A DNA stretch of 64,000 bases, from positions 64,001-128,000 of IMG/VR virus record IMGVR_UViG_3300022213_000237. One strand, given 5' to 3'. Origin of the DNA: a virus. Positions 44,276 through 53,299 of the stretch are shown here, in pieces (the first letter of the stretch is position 1; every line of letters starts with the position of its first letter). The position numbers were made by a program, and so were the translations under genes. Below the pieces are notes generated by a model, which was not told the DNA's origin, did no database searches, and saw nothing but the letters and a program-made list of their open reading frames with translations.

Positions 44276-45066
44276 GATAGAGACGCTCCAAAATAAGGAG
44301 AAGCGCCGTGATCAACAACAACCCAAGCACGTGGACCTACATCGAACTTTCCGATTTCGACATTGACTCCGCCGCCGGCCAGCAGTCCGGGATTAGTTCC
44401 TACACCGACCTCGGCTGTAAGATCTAGTTTTTCATACCACTTTTCTTCAATGACGGCAGGATTTACGGCACCAAGGGCTATATCTACTTGGAAGTTCTTC
44501 TCTGACGAAGTAGCAGAGGACCGCCAGGCACCGTCTTTGGTCTGAGACACAATGATATTGAGCTTAAGGGGTCTAATTTGAGAGAGCCTGATGCCGTAGG
44601 TGGTTGGACCTGGGTCTGTAACAGAGCAATCAGCAATAGTTTGGCCCACAACTCGAAAAGGCTCTAGGTCCATTCCGGTATCAAAATCGACTTTCACCAT
44701 ATTACCGTGCGGGTCTTTGGTCACACGACCGTTGCCCTTGGATTCAAGATCGTGACGCAGCTTGACGATAATGGTATTTGCGGTGAGAAGTTGGTCCCCG
44801 CTCTTCTTCAGCAATGCCTGTAACTCACTCAATTCTTTGTCTTTTGAATCGAGTAAGCTGCGTAGGTCGTTGGTCTGGATAGCAAGCTTTTGATACACCC
44901 CTTGCTGGACTTCAATTGTTTTGTCGCGGAGCGCTATTTCGTTTTGAAGACGAACAATCCTCTCGTTCGTCTGATGTTCGCGAAAGGTAAAGGCGCCGAC
45001 TACAGCTACCAACACCAACAAGAAAACGCCTACGGCAGCAAGCAATTGCTTGATTGAGATATTCAT
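44248..45066 (-). CDS. Membrane-anchored coiled-coil protein with beta-rich C-terminus
   Basis: N-terminal TM, about 80-aa coiled coil, amphipathic beta strands ending YFGASLSWHPF. Confidence 0.65.
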   Translation of the reverse strand: MNISIKQLLAAVGVFLLVLVAVVGAFTFREHQTNERIVRLQNEIALRDKTIEVQQGVYQKLAIQTNDLRSLLDSKDKELSELQALLKKSGDQLLTANTIIVKLRHDLESKGNGRVTKDPHGNMVKVDFDTGMDLEPFRVVGQTIADCSVTDPGPTTYGIRLSQIRPLKLNIIVSQTKDGAWRSSATSSEKNFQVDIALGAVNPAVIEEKWYEKLDLTAEVGVGTNPGLLAGGGVNVEIGKFDVGPRAWVVVDHGASPYFGASLSWHPFRKVR

Positions 45067-45599
45067 TTCTTTTTGTCCTTCTTTTTGGGTTGTCCGAGAA
45101 TTCTATCCGCGAGTCCGCGCTCAATTGCTTCTTCAGGTGTAAGCAAAGTCTCATCCACGCACATCTTCTGGATATCAGCCGGGGTAAGAATGCCACCGCT
45201 GCGAGAGGATAGAGCTTTGTTGTACACGTGCAGTCGCTCGCACTCCGCAACGGAACGACGCATATGGGTTACTGGGCCTTCGCCATGCAAAGACATCTCG
45301 TGCAAAAACAACGAAGCGCTGGGTCCAATCCACCTTTCTGTCCCAGCTTGAAAAATAAGCACGGCAATGGAAGAAACGGCACCTAATCCGGTAGTTACTA
45401 CCTTATTGTTAGCGTTCATCAGAGCGTCAAAAATCGCCATACCGCCTTGAGACCAACCACCATCGGAGGTAATCACAACGTTGATGTCCCCAGCATTTTC
45501 TTCAAGAGAATCAATCACATAGAATTCTCTAAGGAATTCATTTACAAACGCTGGATTTACTTCCTCTGGAGGACAACAAATGATGGAATGTTTGGTCAT
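45063..45599 (-). CDS. ClpP-like protease
   Basis: ITSDGG..GMAIFDAL, GAVSSIAVLIFQAG, FLHE, LTPEEAIERGLAD. Confidence 0.85.
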   Translation of the reverse strand: MTKHSIICCPPEEVNPAFVNEFLREFYVIDSLEENAGDINVVITSDGGWSQGGMAIFDALMNANNKVVTTGLGAVSSIAVLIFQAGTERWIGPSASLFLHEMSLHGEGPVTHMRRSVAECERLHVYNKALSSRSGGILTPADIQKMCVDETLLTPEEAIERGLADRILGQPKKKDKKK

Positions 45600-45624
45600 T
45601 TACTGTCTTTAGCTAGTCGATCTT

Positions 45625-48261
45625 TTACTTCATCATGGTCATCACCAGATTTGGCTCAATTATTTTCCCGTTGTAAGAGCTGTCCGGCTTGAGGTAGTTT
45701 TCAATAGGGCCTTCAATAGTATCTTCGCCCATGTATCCGGTATTGGGCAACAATCCATCTAAATCCTCACCGTGTGTGAGGCCGTGCTTAAAGTTAGTAC
45801 GAGAAACAATAGCTCTACCAACCTCAGCACTCCTACTTTTGGCCACATACAAAGTGATTCTCTTGTTTACTTGGGCCACAGGTGACCGATTAAGAGTGAT
45901 TACGTTGCTGGCTGCCGTCATCGGACCCCAAGCCTCAAGAACGTCTTCCATTCTAAGCAAGCGATGTGTGGTGTCACCGCGATTAACCTTAGAACCTTCG
46001 CGATTGGTTTGAATAGCCAATAGGGCGTGGAAATCGCACTCGAGTGCCAGCTGGACGTAGTGCTCGTATACGATTTCGATGATGGAACGCATAGCAAGCG
46101 CGCCTTTACCAGCTAAAGCTTGATTGGTGGTCAATTTAGCTGGATAGTCGGAAACCAGGAGATCAAATCCTTTACCGGTTCGGGCTTTGCGTTCGTCCTG
46201 GACGCGACGAATTATGGGCATTATTTCCTCGACCGCCATTCCCGCTTTATTATATGGAATGTAGACGCAATTTTTCGCGATAATGTTCGCGACATGGTTC
46301 AGTAATTGAACCCCCTCAGGGGTTTTATAAAGGCGGAAAAGATCTTCTTCGGACCCCTTCAGACACGCCTTTAAGAGTTTGTTGCGAATATCGTGAGGGC
46401 GGCCTTCATGCGTCATCAATAGCACGCTATTGCCGTTCATAATGTTGTGACGAGCAACTGTAAGAAGGAAGGTGGTGTTGTGTGTAACCGTTAAATCGCC
46501 GAGCAAACAAAGACGGTCGCCATCAAGCGTAAATCCATAATAGTCGCCCTCACCGCAAGGCTCAACTCTAAATCCAGATGTATCGCACGGTTTACTGCCA
46601 TCTTTGGCGCGTTTACGTTCTAATCTGACGGGAATTTCGGATAAAGCTCCGCTTAGACTCAGCGATACATACTGACCCTCGGTTCCGTTTTGATCGGATT
46701 TTGTAATAAGCCTCTCTCCAACTTTAAGACCTAAGCTTCGGGCCAAGAAGGCGATGTCTGCTGCCAGACGTTTGGATTTTTGGGTAATTTCTATCACTTT
46801 ATCTCCTGCCCATCCGTCAGTATCTACGATTCCAGCCAACAACTCTAAACGTTGTTGACGAGATCCAGTAAGATATAAATGAGGGATATGTTTACATCCT
46901 AAAAGGTCTAGGCCTCTGAGACTAGAATGGGCGGTGCCTGACCCGATCGCCCGTATCAACCAAGCTCTATTGTGTGAATTGCCCACTACAGAGATGCCGT
47001 GACCACAGGACCTGATCCATGATTCCCACGTTAACGCCAATTCGTCATCCATAGTGGTTAGCACGGCGCCGGACGAATGCCCATCACCCAACCACATCCC
47101 CAGAACGTAAGCCGGAATCGGCTGATTTTGCTGCTGGAAATCTAACCCAACCCTCCAGAGCTTCATTCTGTTTTTCCAGTTGTTGGATTTCTCTAAATAT
47201 TCATTAAGAGGAATGTTAACAATATCCCCCTTCCATAAGCATGGCTCTCCGTTCCCGCTAGTTGACGAATATCTGCCCCTTTGCCTTTCTTTGGGTTCAT
47301 CGTCTGCACTACATTTTAAGCTTAAGATGTGGACATCGTTACAGATCCACGGATTGCCCCCAGTTTTGGGGATAATCTTAAATAATGGACCATGTCCTTT
47401 GGTGGTGGACAACACTTTGCGAGGTGCCCCATCCGGGCCCATCAATAAATCCCCCGACTTAATGTCCTCTACAGGAACTCTATGTCCCGAAAACATCAGT
47501 ATTTCTGTACCTTTACCCCAGCATTTCCCAACGTTAGATGGAGCGAGAACAACAGTGGTGTCACCGCGTTGCAGTCCACCAGTCGTCTTAATAATACGAC
47601 CTGTACCGGGCAGACCTTTAGCTTTTTCATCCGCATTTTGTTCCCGCTCGACGGCGCCATCGAGCAATGCCTCATCAAGCAAAGGCAGTCCCGTCGACAG
47701 AGCCGCTTTCACGTCGTCGTACTTCTGCTGTAAATAGACTTCTGGATTGAGAAACGAAACCTCACGACCTTCTTCGAAAGAAGCGACACCAAATTGCTTA
47801 ACCGCGTCTTCCATGACGGCAGCGACTTCGCTCCATCGTTGGCGATTCCAGAGGTTTGAGGTCTTGAGAATGGCGTTCTGTAAAACTTTCGATTGTAGCC
47901 ACGCAGTCAACTCCAATCTGATTTTATCCCATCTGATATCGGCTGTACGCTGCAGAGCGATATTCAGACGCGCAGTGAGTCTTTGAGCGGTATCGCTACC
48001 CTCGATCACCCACTCCCTGGAGCCGGTCAACTCGCTCTGGGTTGGTGGTCTTCCAAGTGGGTGACTTATGGACTGGATTATTTTGTATAATTTTTCGTCA
48101 TACGGATTCACGAACCAGTCCGGCTGAACCCTGTGCCCCACCTGCATGAAGATCTTTGGGTCTTGAATGAGGTGGCCGATGAAGGCCGACTGGTAGGCGT
48201 CGCTTAGCGGTAGGGTAGCGCTTACAGGTATTTCCACTTTAAGGGTTTCAACTGACGACAT
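45625..48261 (-). CDS. Replicative DnaB/gp41-like helicase with intein
   Basis: LSTGLPLLD, Walker A LAPSNVGK|TT split by intein, LVSDYP, AIQTNREG, VAKSRS. Confidence 0.9.
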   Translation of the reverse strand: MSSVETLKVEIPVSATLPLSDAYQSAFIGHLIQDPKIFMQVGHRVQPDWFVNPYDEKLYKIIQSISHPLGRPPTQSELTGSREWVIEGSDTAQRLTARLNIALQRTADIRWDKIRLELTAWLQSKVLQNAILKTSNLWNRQRWSEVAAVMEDAVKQFGVASFEEGREVSFLNPEVYLQQKYDDVKAALSTGLPLLDEALLDGAVEREQNADEKAKGLPGTGRIIKTTGGLQRGDTTVVLAPSNVGKCWGKGTEILMFSGHRVPVEDIKSGDLLMGPDGAPRKVLSTTKGHGPLFKIIPKTGGNPWICNDVHILSLKCSADDEPKERQRGRYSSTSGNGEPCLWKGDIVNIPLNEYLEKSNNWKNRMKLWRVGLDFQQQNQPIPAYVLGMWLGDGHSSGAVLTTMDDELALTWESWIRSCGHGISVVGNSHNRAWLIRAIGSGTAHSSLRGLDLLGCKHIPHLYLTGSRQQRLELLAGIVDTDGWAGDKVIEITQKSKRLAADIAFLARSLGLKVGERLITKSDQNGTEGQYVSLSLSGALSEIPVRLERKRAKDGSKPCDTSGFRVEPCGEGDYYGFTLDGDRLCLLGDLTVTHNTTFLLTVARHNIMNGNSVLLMTHEGRPHDIRNKLLKACLKGSEEDLFRLYKTPEGVQLLNHVANIIAKNCVYIPYNKAGMAVEEIMPIIRRVQDERKARTGKGFDLLVSDYPAKLTTNQALAGKGALAMRSIIEIVYEHYVQLALECDFHALLAIQTNREGSKVNRGDTTHRLLRMEDVLEAWGPMTAASNVITLNRSPVAQVNKRITLYVAKSRSAEVGRAIVSRTNFKHGLTHGEDLDGLLPNTGYMGEDTIEGPIENYLKPDSSYNGKIIEPNLVMTMMK
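46477..47523 (-). mobile_element. Contiguous 349-aa intein with LAGLIDADG homing endonuclease
   Basis: Block A CWGKGTEILM, block B CNDVHILSL, YVLGMWLGDG and LLAGIVDTDG, block F/G DYYGFTLDG..TVTHN|T. Confidence 0.95.
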
Positions 48262-48575
48262 GTATGTCCTTAGTCCTTTATCGGGGATACCGACATATAC
48301 CACCCCGATCTTTTCGATCTTTTCGATAATATTAAAGCCAAGTTAGCTCGTTGAGGAAGATCACACGCTACCTGTTCAAACAGATGGCGTCTTCGCTTCT
48401 AACAGATAGCTGCTCGATCGTGTGCGCTTCAGTGCTCTATCTCCTTCCTAAAGTGTTTGACACCGACAGAATATCGTGTCATTATGTCACAGCAACTCAA
48501 TCCAGCTTTATTTCTCGTCGCACCTGAACACATACAGCCATTAACACTGAACAAACGAGCAGTTTGGAGACCATT

Positions 48576-50186
48576 TTGAAAACCGAAAACGCCAATCCCC
48601 GCAAAAACCCTGAACTTCAGGGCGCACATATCCTGAAGTCGTACCTCAAGAGTTTGAAGATCCCCTTCGAAATTGGAGGCTCGGAGAATTCTGTTGAAGT
48701 CAAAACCGTTGACGGACAGAAGACCGTCTCTGTGGTGGTTGGCTCCGGCTCAGGTCAGATTCAAATTGATCCTCTAATCATTACCTCTTTTGAGCTATCT
48801 AAGTCTTTGAGTGCCCTGCATCTGGTTACTGAAGCCGCTGGCTATGGGCGACCAAATCCAATTAGCCGTGGTGCTCAATCGACCGGTCGAGTTAACTATC
48901 TCGACAACTTCGAAGACGTGTATTTGCGGCACTCAATTTTTCGTCGGTCCCCGAATCAAAACGATGCCGACTTAGAGCCATTCTTACCAACAATTAAACG
49001 TTGCGCCCGCAAAGCCATGTTTCGTTACAAGAACGTTTTCCAAGCCATGGGCTTTAGCGAGGGAGATCTCATCACCACCGGCATGGTCTACACCGTTTCT
49101 TATCTCCATCACTACAGTTACGCTCCCGACCATATTGATAACGTTAAATTGCTGACAGACTTTCTGAAACAGCGCTTTGGCGAGATGGCTAAAATCACTT
49201 ACAAGAAAGCCCTGAACGCAACCTGTTTGCCGCAAGCCGTGAGAGCTAACGCGCTGAATCACGAAGATGAAGAAACCTCTTACATCGATACCTACGCAGA
49301 ATCCGAAGAATCGTCTCCTGACGACGAATATGGAGAAGATGAATTCCGAGTCACGTTCGCTGGCGGTATTGTCCGCACTCTCATCGTGAAAAACGACGGC
49401 ATGCTCGGCCTCGACCTTTATCTCGACGGCAGGAAGTTAAGACCTTCGGAGGCGCGGAGCTTGACCGAAGATATGCGGCAAGGTCGTGTTAAAAAGGAAC
49501 GAGTACACGATGTTCTCCCCGAACCGGAAGAATCGGAAGCCTCTATGCAAGCCCGTGCCCTTGCTGCCCGCAAGGAATTGATTGAAAAACTTAGGGCCAT
49601 GGATACGGAAACCAGAACCGTGGTACTCGGTTACGCGGCCCTGTCACGAGACTATGCTCCGGATGCTCGACGAGAGGCACGGAATCTTTGCGAAGAATTG
49701 GTGTGTCCGCAATGCGAACGTAAAGTTCCGTCAGGTGCTTATTGTCTGCGATGTGAAGTTGGTGTCGTACCGCTACTCGGCGTGGATTACATGGCTTTTC
49801 GGGAAAAACTGGAAAAGGAGCATCACCCCATGGCAGAAGCTATGTCTGCGCACGTGCCTGAATCGGAAATTCGAGCCCGCGCCAAGAAACCGGTTGTTCA
49901 AACTACGGTGTCTCTTGCTGACGCCACCGAAGCCAAACCGATCGAAATCGTCAAAGTCGTACCCATTATTTCCGCAATCGATCGAGAAGCTCTCAAAAAA
50001 CAGTTGGAAGATGACTTACTTAAGCGACTACCTGCCACCGGGACTTGTCCTTTTTGCAAGAGGGTCTTGCCACAAAAAGATTTTGGTGTTAGGGTGGCCA
50101 ACGACAAAACAACGGGTCTACCCTCGCGTGCATCTAGACAATCCCGTTGCCACCCTTGTCGAGGCAAAAAAGCAAAGAAAGGATAA
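48576..50186 (+). CDS. Orphan protein with sigma-70 region-2-like segment and Zn fingers
   Basis: FLPTIKRCARK..MGFSEGDLITTGMVYTVSYLHHY; CPQC..CLRC; C-terminal CPFC..QSRCHPCR; GGAG RBS before TTG. Confidence 0.6.
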   Translation: MKTENANPRKNPELQGAHILKSYLKSLKIPFEIGGSENSVEVKTVDGQKTVSVVVGSGSGQIQIDPLIITSFELSKSLSALHLVTEAAGYGRPNPISRGAQSTGRVNYLDNFEDVYLRHSIFRRSPNQNDADLEPFLPTIKRCARKAMFRYKNVFQAMGFSEGDLITTGMVYTVSYLHHYSYAPDHIDNVKLLTDFLKQRFGEMAKITYKKALNATCLPQAVRANALNHEDEETSYIDTYAESEESSPDDEYGEDEFRVTFAGGIVRTLIVKNDGMLGLDLYLDGRKLRPSEARSLTEDMRQGRVKKERVHDVLPEPEESEASMQARALAARKELIEKLRAMDTETRTVVLGYAALSRDYAPDARREARNLCEELVCPQCERKVPSGAYCLRCEVGVVPLLGVDYMAFREKLEKEHHPMAEAMSAHVPESEIRARAKKPVVQTTVSLADATEAKPIEIVKVVPIISAIDREALKKQLEDDLLKRLPATGTCPFCKRVLPQKDFGVRVANDKTTGLPSRASRQSRCHPCRGKKAKKG

Positions 50187-50193
50187 AGACAAT

Positions 50194-50418
50194 ATGCTTT
50201 GGAGAGCGATGCAAGCGAAGATGGTTCGCAAGACGGCTGAAAAGACACCAAAGATGAAAGAGTGCCCAAAATGCTATCGGAGGCGCAGTGTCGAAAAGTA
50301 TTTTGGATTTCGGACCCAGCACGGACTAGATGGTAGGCCTCAGAGATCTATGGTCCAGTCCTACTGCGTGGACTGTCGCAAAGAAGCTTCAGCGGGCTCA
50401 AAACTACACACTAATTAA
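50194..50418 (+). CDS. Zn-finger protein (CPKC..QSYCVDCR family)
   Basis: AAGGA RBS; motif shared with 13731-14054. Confidence 0.7.
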   Translation: MLWRAMQAKMVRKTAEKTPKMKECPKCYRRRSVEKYFGFRTQHGLDGRPQRSMVQSYCVDCRKEASAGSKLHTN

Positions 50419-51461
50419 TGCCCTAAGAGACCGCCAAGCGAGATATAAATCTTCCCCCTAGGTTCTGGCTTGGCGGTCTTGAAGGCTTCGTAAACCCACT
50501 CTTCAGACATGTCTCCCAAGTCTTTTTCGTTAGCTTCAGAATCAAGATTTAAAAAGTCTTGTGGCGGCTGCAACAAGTAAATTTCCAAGTCTTCCGACAG
50601 GTCGTATGCCAACTTAGTGATTTCGGCTCCGGCATCGGGATCAAGAGCGATATAAAGCTTTTTAACTGAGCGCTTAATCGTACCTATTTGTTCCGCCGAC
50701 ACGGCCTTACCCATGGATGCCACATTCCCACCACATTTATGCGCCTTGATGGCGGTAATAGGACCCTCGGTGAGAATGCAATGCTCTGAACCCTTAAGAC
50801 GGTCCTGGAACATGAGCTGTCGCTGCCCCTTGCCCACAAGACTCTTGCTTGTCAAAATCTTCGGCACCTTGATGACGCGTTGCTGTTCTTCGTCCCAACG
50901 TTCAGTAGGGCCAATAAAGCGGGCTTGCCAACCTATCAGTTTGCCGTCTACCTTTACAGGGAAGATGACACGTTGATCTACGGGACTGTATTTAAGGTCA
51001 TAGGTGGTAACATGTTCGGCACGTAAGCCGCGAGAGTGCAGATACAAAGCACCCTTCCTGAATTTCTCCCACTCGTCCATGCCACAAAAATCAGGCGCCC
51101 AAGAAACTTCGGTGCATGTGGTGACAACGGCTGGAGGCGGGAATGCGTCCTCGTCTTCGTCCCATACGTCATCTAGTTGGATATCTAAAAAGGTAGCTGA
51201 CGAAGGAGTGTAGCCGTAAAGCTTCTTACAGATTTCACCGATGGGTATTCCCAACAATTCGGTGAGCGCGTACTCAGCTTTTCCCTTAAAACCTGTAGCC
51301 CTACAATAGTAGCAGACGAATCCGCCACTATCTTTATACATTGCGAGCTTATCCTTTTTAAGACAGCGGGGACAGGTGAATACATAACTAGTCGCATTGG
51401 ACCTGTAATGTACCCCGCTGTCTTCAATGAGCTTGGCTAAAGCGCTTTGGTCTATTGCCAT
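50415..51461 (-). CDS. DNA primase (Zn ribbon + TOPRIM)
   Basis: CPRC..CYYC, RVIFPV..GWQAR, ILTEGPITA, IALDPDAG, KDLGDM. Confidence 0.9.
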   Translation of the reverse strand: MAIDQSALAKLIEDSGVHYRSNATSYVFTCPRCLKKDKLAMYKDSGGFVCYYCRATGFKGKAEYALTELLGIPIGEICKKLYGYTPSSATFLDIQLDDVWDEDEDAFPPPAVVTTCTEVSWAPDFCGMDEWEKFRKGALYLHSRGLRAEHVTTYDLKYSPVDQRVIFPVKVDGKLIGWQARFIGPTERWDEEQQRVIKVPKILTSKSLVGKGQRQLMFQDRLKGSEHCILTEGPITAIKAHKCGGNVASMGKAVSAEQIGTIKRSVKKLYIALDPDAGAEITKLAYDLSEDLEIYLLQPPQDFLNLDSEANEKDLGDMSEEWVYEAFKTAKPEPRGKIYISLGGLLGH

Positions 51462-51475
51462 GGGCCAATTCTTTT

Positions 51476-52651
51476 TTAGTCTTCTTTACCTTGAAGACTG
51501 TTGTCTTCTCGCAAACCAACTTCAGAATCGCTTTCGCGAATACCGCTAGGCGCAGGTCGCCCAGATTCCATGGCATCAAAGTCCAGACCCCGAACCCTCT
51601 TAAAAATCTCGTTGCAAAGGTCGGGATTGCCTTTTAGCGCGAGAATGAAGTCTTCTCGGGAACCAAATTTTGTGTTCTCTCCCTTGGTGGGATATTCGGG
51701 AACCAAATAAGTGCGGTTATTGGGACGCAACACGATTCCTTGGCCTACGCCTAGCAGGAAGGCTTCTTCGTAAACATTGGTAATGCCTTCGTAGTAGTCG
51801 AGAGTGAACTGTCCTACACGACCGGGAACGCCAGTAGAATTCCCCTTCATTGTGACCCTAATTTTATGCGCAGTTTTCTCCGCATGACCCATGACGTCGG
51901 TTTTTGATTCGTCTTCGAACTTCTGATCAAGAAGGTCTGTTTTCCCGTCTTTTGAACGATTTTGTTCTACGAAGATAAAGTACTCGGCAAAGTGCTGAAG
52001 CGCCCAAGCCCCGGCCATTTTGAGCTTGTTGCCACGCATGATTTCGGTTTGGTCCAACTCCGCTCGGGCCTGGGCAACAAGCGACAAAGCTACTTTGTGG
52101 CGACGTAGGGTGCCCTGCACCATAGCGAGACTGTCTTGAATAGTCTTCGCTTGGTCTCCGATTTGCTGAGTCATTATGGAATCTGCATTAAGGGTTCTGC
52201 GTCCAAGGACGTTGGTTATCGAATCAATGGCCACGTACTTGAGAGGCATTCCGTCCTGAAGGTCTTTTTTGATGTCACCTTCAATGTGGTCAAAAATCTC
52301 GTCAGGCTTATTGGTTTCGTAAATCACCAATCGGTCATCATCAATACCGTATTGCTTGCGCATCAATGGCGTTAATTGGAGCCCGGCGCGCATTTCAGTG
52401 GAGAATAGGATTGCGATAGCATTGGGGTCGGACTGATGAAGTTGTCCAATCTTCATGTACACAGCCAAAGACTTGCCTCCTTTGGGAGGACCCCAAAACA
52501 CCTCGCTGTACCCAAGTGGTAGACCGTGAGTCTTACCGTAAATGTAATCGAAAGACGGCGAGCCGGTACGAAGTACGTGGAGAAATGGATTGTATTCCCA
52601 TTTAACGGCGTTATCTTTCTTAAGTAATCGAGTCATCCACTTGTTAGCCAT
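51476..52651 (-). CDS. RecA/UvsX-like recombinase
   Basis: RTGSPSFD..GLPLG, WGPPKGGKS, VAIDSIT, MAGAWALQH. Confidence 0.88.
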   Translation of the reverse strand: MANKWMTRLLKKDNAVKWEYNPFLHVLRTGSPSFDYIYGKTHGLPLGYSEVFWGPPKGGKSLAVYMKIGQLHQSDPNAIAILFSTEMRAGLQLTPLMRKQYGIDDDRLVIYETNKPDEIFDHIEGDIKKDLQDGMPLKYVAIDSITNVLGRRTLNADSIMTQQIGDQAKTIQDSLAMVQGTLRRHKVALSLVAQARAELDQTEIMRGNKLKMAGAWALQHFAEYFIFVEQNRSKDGKTDLLDQKFEDESKTDVMGHAEKTAHKIRVTMKGNSTGVPGRVGQFTLDYYEGITNVYEEAFLLGVGQGIVLRPNNRTYLVPEYPTKGENTKFGSREDFILALKGNPDLCNEIFKRVRGLDFDAMESGRPAPSGIRESDSEVGLREDNSLQGKED

Positions 52652-53228
52652 AATGAGGTTTTCCTATAATTTTTTGTTCATCTTCCGATGTGTAAGTAGA
52701 AGCGCTTTGGGGTCGGTTAATGCCGTTAGATAGAGCGTTTACGCTGCTCAAACTGTCGTATACTTTCTTGACGGACATGTAACTTTGCTCGAAAGACTTC
52801 ATTTTAAGCTTCAAAAACTCTACTGCCGCCTCGATCATAGCCACTCGATCCGATAGTTTTTTGTACTCGGCATCTCTTGCAAGCACGGCCCGCCGCATAT
52901 CCTCGCTGCCGGACGGATTGCTAGTTCGTACAAGTCCATGGTCTTTGAAATATTGAGGTGCTATTTCGAGATAAACAATCGCCTTACGTTCTTCAGCGGC
53001 CTGATATGCTTGTTTTAATTCCCATTCCAGTTGCATATGGGCTCTTCCGGATCGCCCATAGCCGTCGATCATAGCCTGCATAAGGTCTGGAGCAGTTACT
53101 TTGTTCACGTGCGCAACTTCTGGCTGCCTAGCTTCAAGGCGGTAGATTTCGTGCATTTCAATCGTAATTGGATCTCGACCCGGTGTACCTGCAGGACAGG
53201 TGAGAATATTACCTAAAGATAGTTCCAT
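52644..53228 (-). CDS. Helical protein, possible UvsY-like recombination mediator
   Basis: Sits between SSB and RecA; helical DAEYKKLSDRVAMIEAAVEFLK segment. Confidence 0.45.
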   Translation of the reverse strand: MELSLGNILTCPAGTPGRDPITIEMHEIYRLEARQPEVAHVNKVTAPDLMQAMIDGYGRSGRAHMQLEWELKQAYQAAEERKAIVYLEIAPQYFKDHGLVRTSNPSGSEDMRRAVLARDAEYKKLSDRVAMIEAAVEFLKLKMKSFEQSYMSVKKVYDSLSSVNALSNGINRPQSASTYTSEDEQKIIGKPHYG

Positions 53229-53239
53229 AGTGGCTCCCA

Positions 53240-53292
53240 AATAGAAAGAGGTCGCGTTAAATTGTGTGATAGAACGCGACCCCTTCTTATTT
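53240..53292 (-). terminator. Long hairpin after SSB gene (terminator/attenuator)
   Basis: GGTCGCGTT/AACGCGACC stem (53250-58/53273-81) followed on the minus strand by TCTTTCTATTT. Confidence 0.6.
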
Positions 53293-53299
53293 CTTGGTT

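Noticed and set aside
49582-50193. Long overlapping upstream part of the 278-aa plus-strand ORF
   Set aside because: Out-of-frame overlap with the 48576 gene; the real gene most likely starts at ATG 50194 after an RBS
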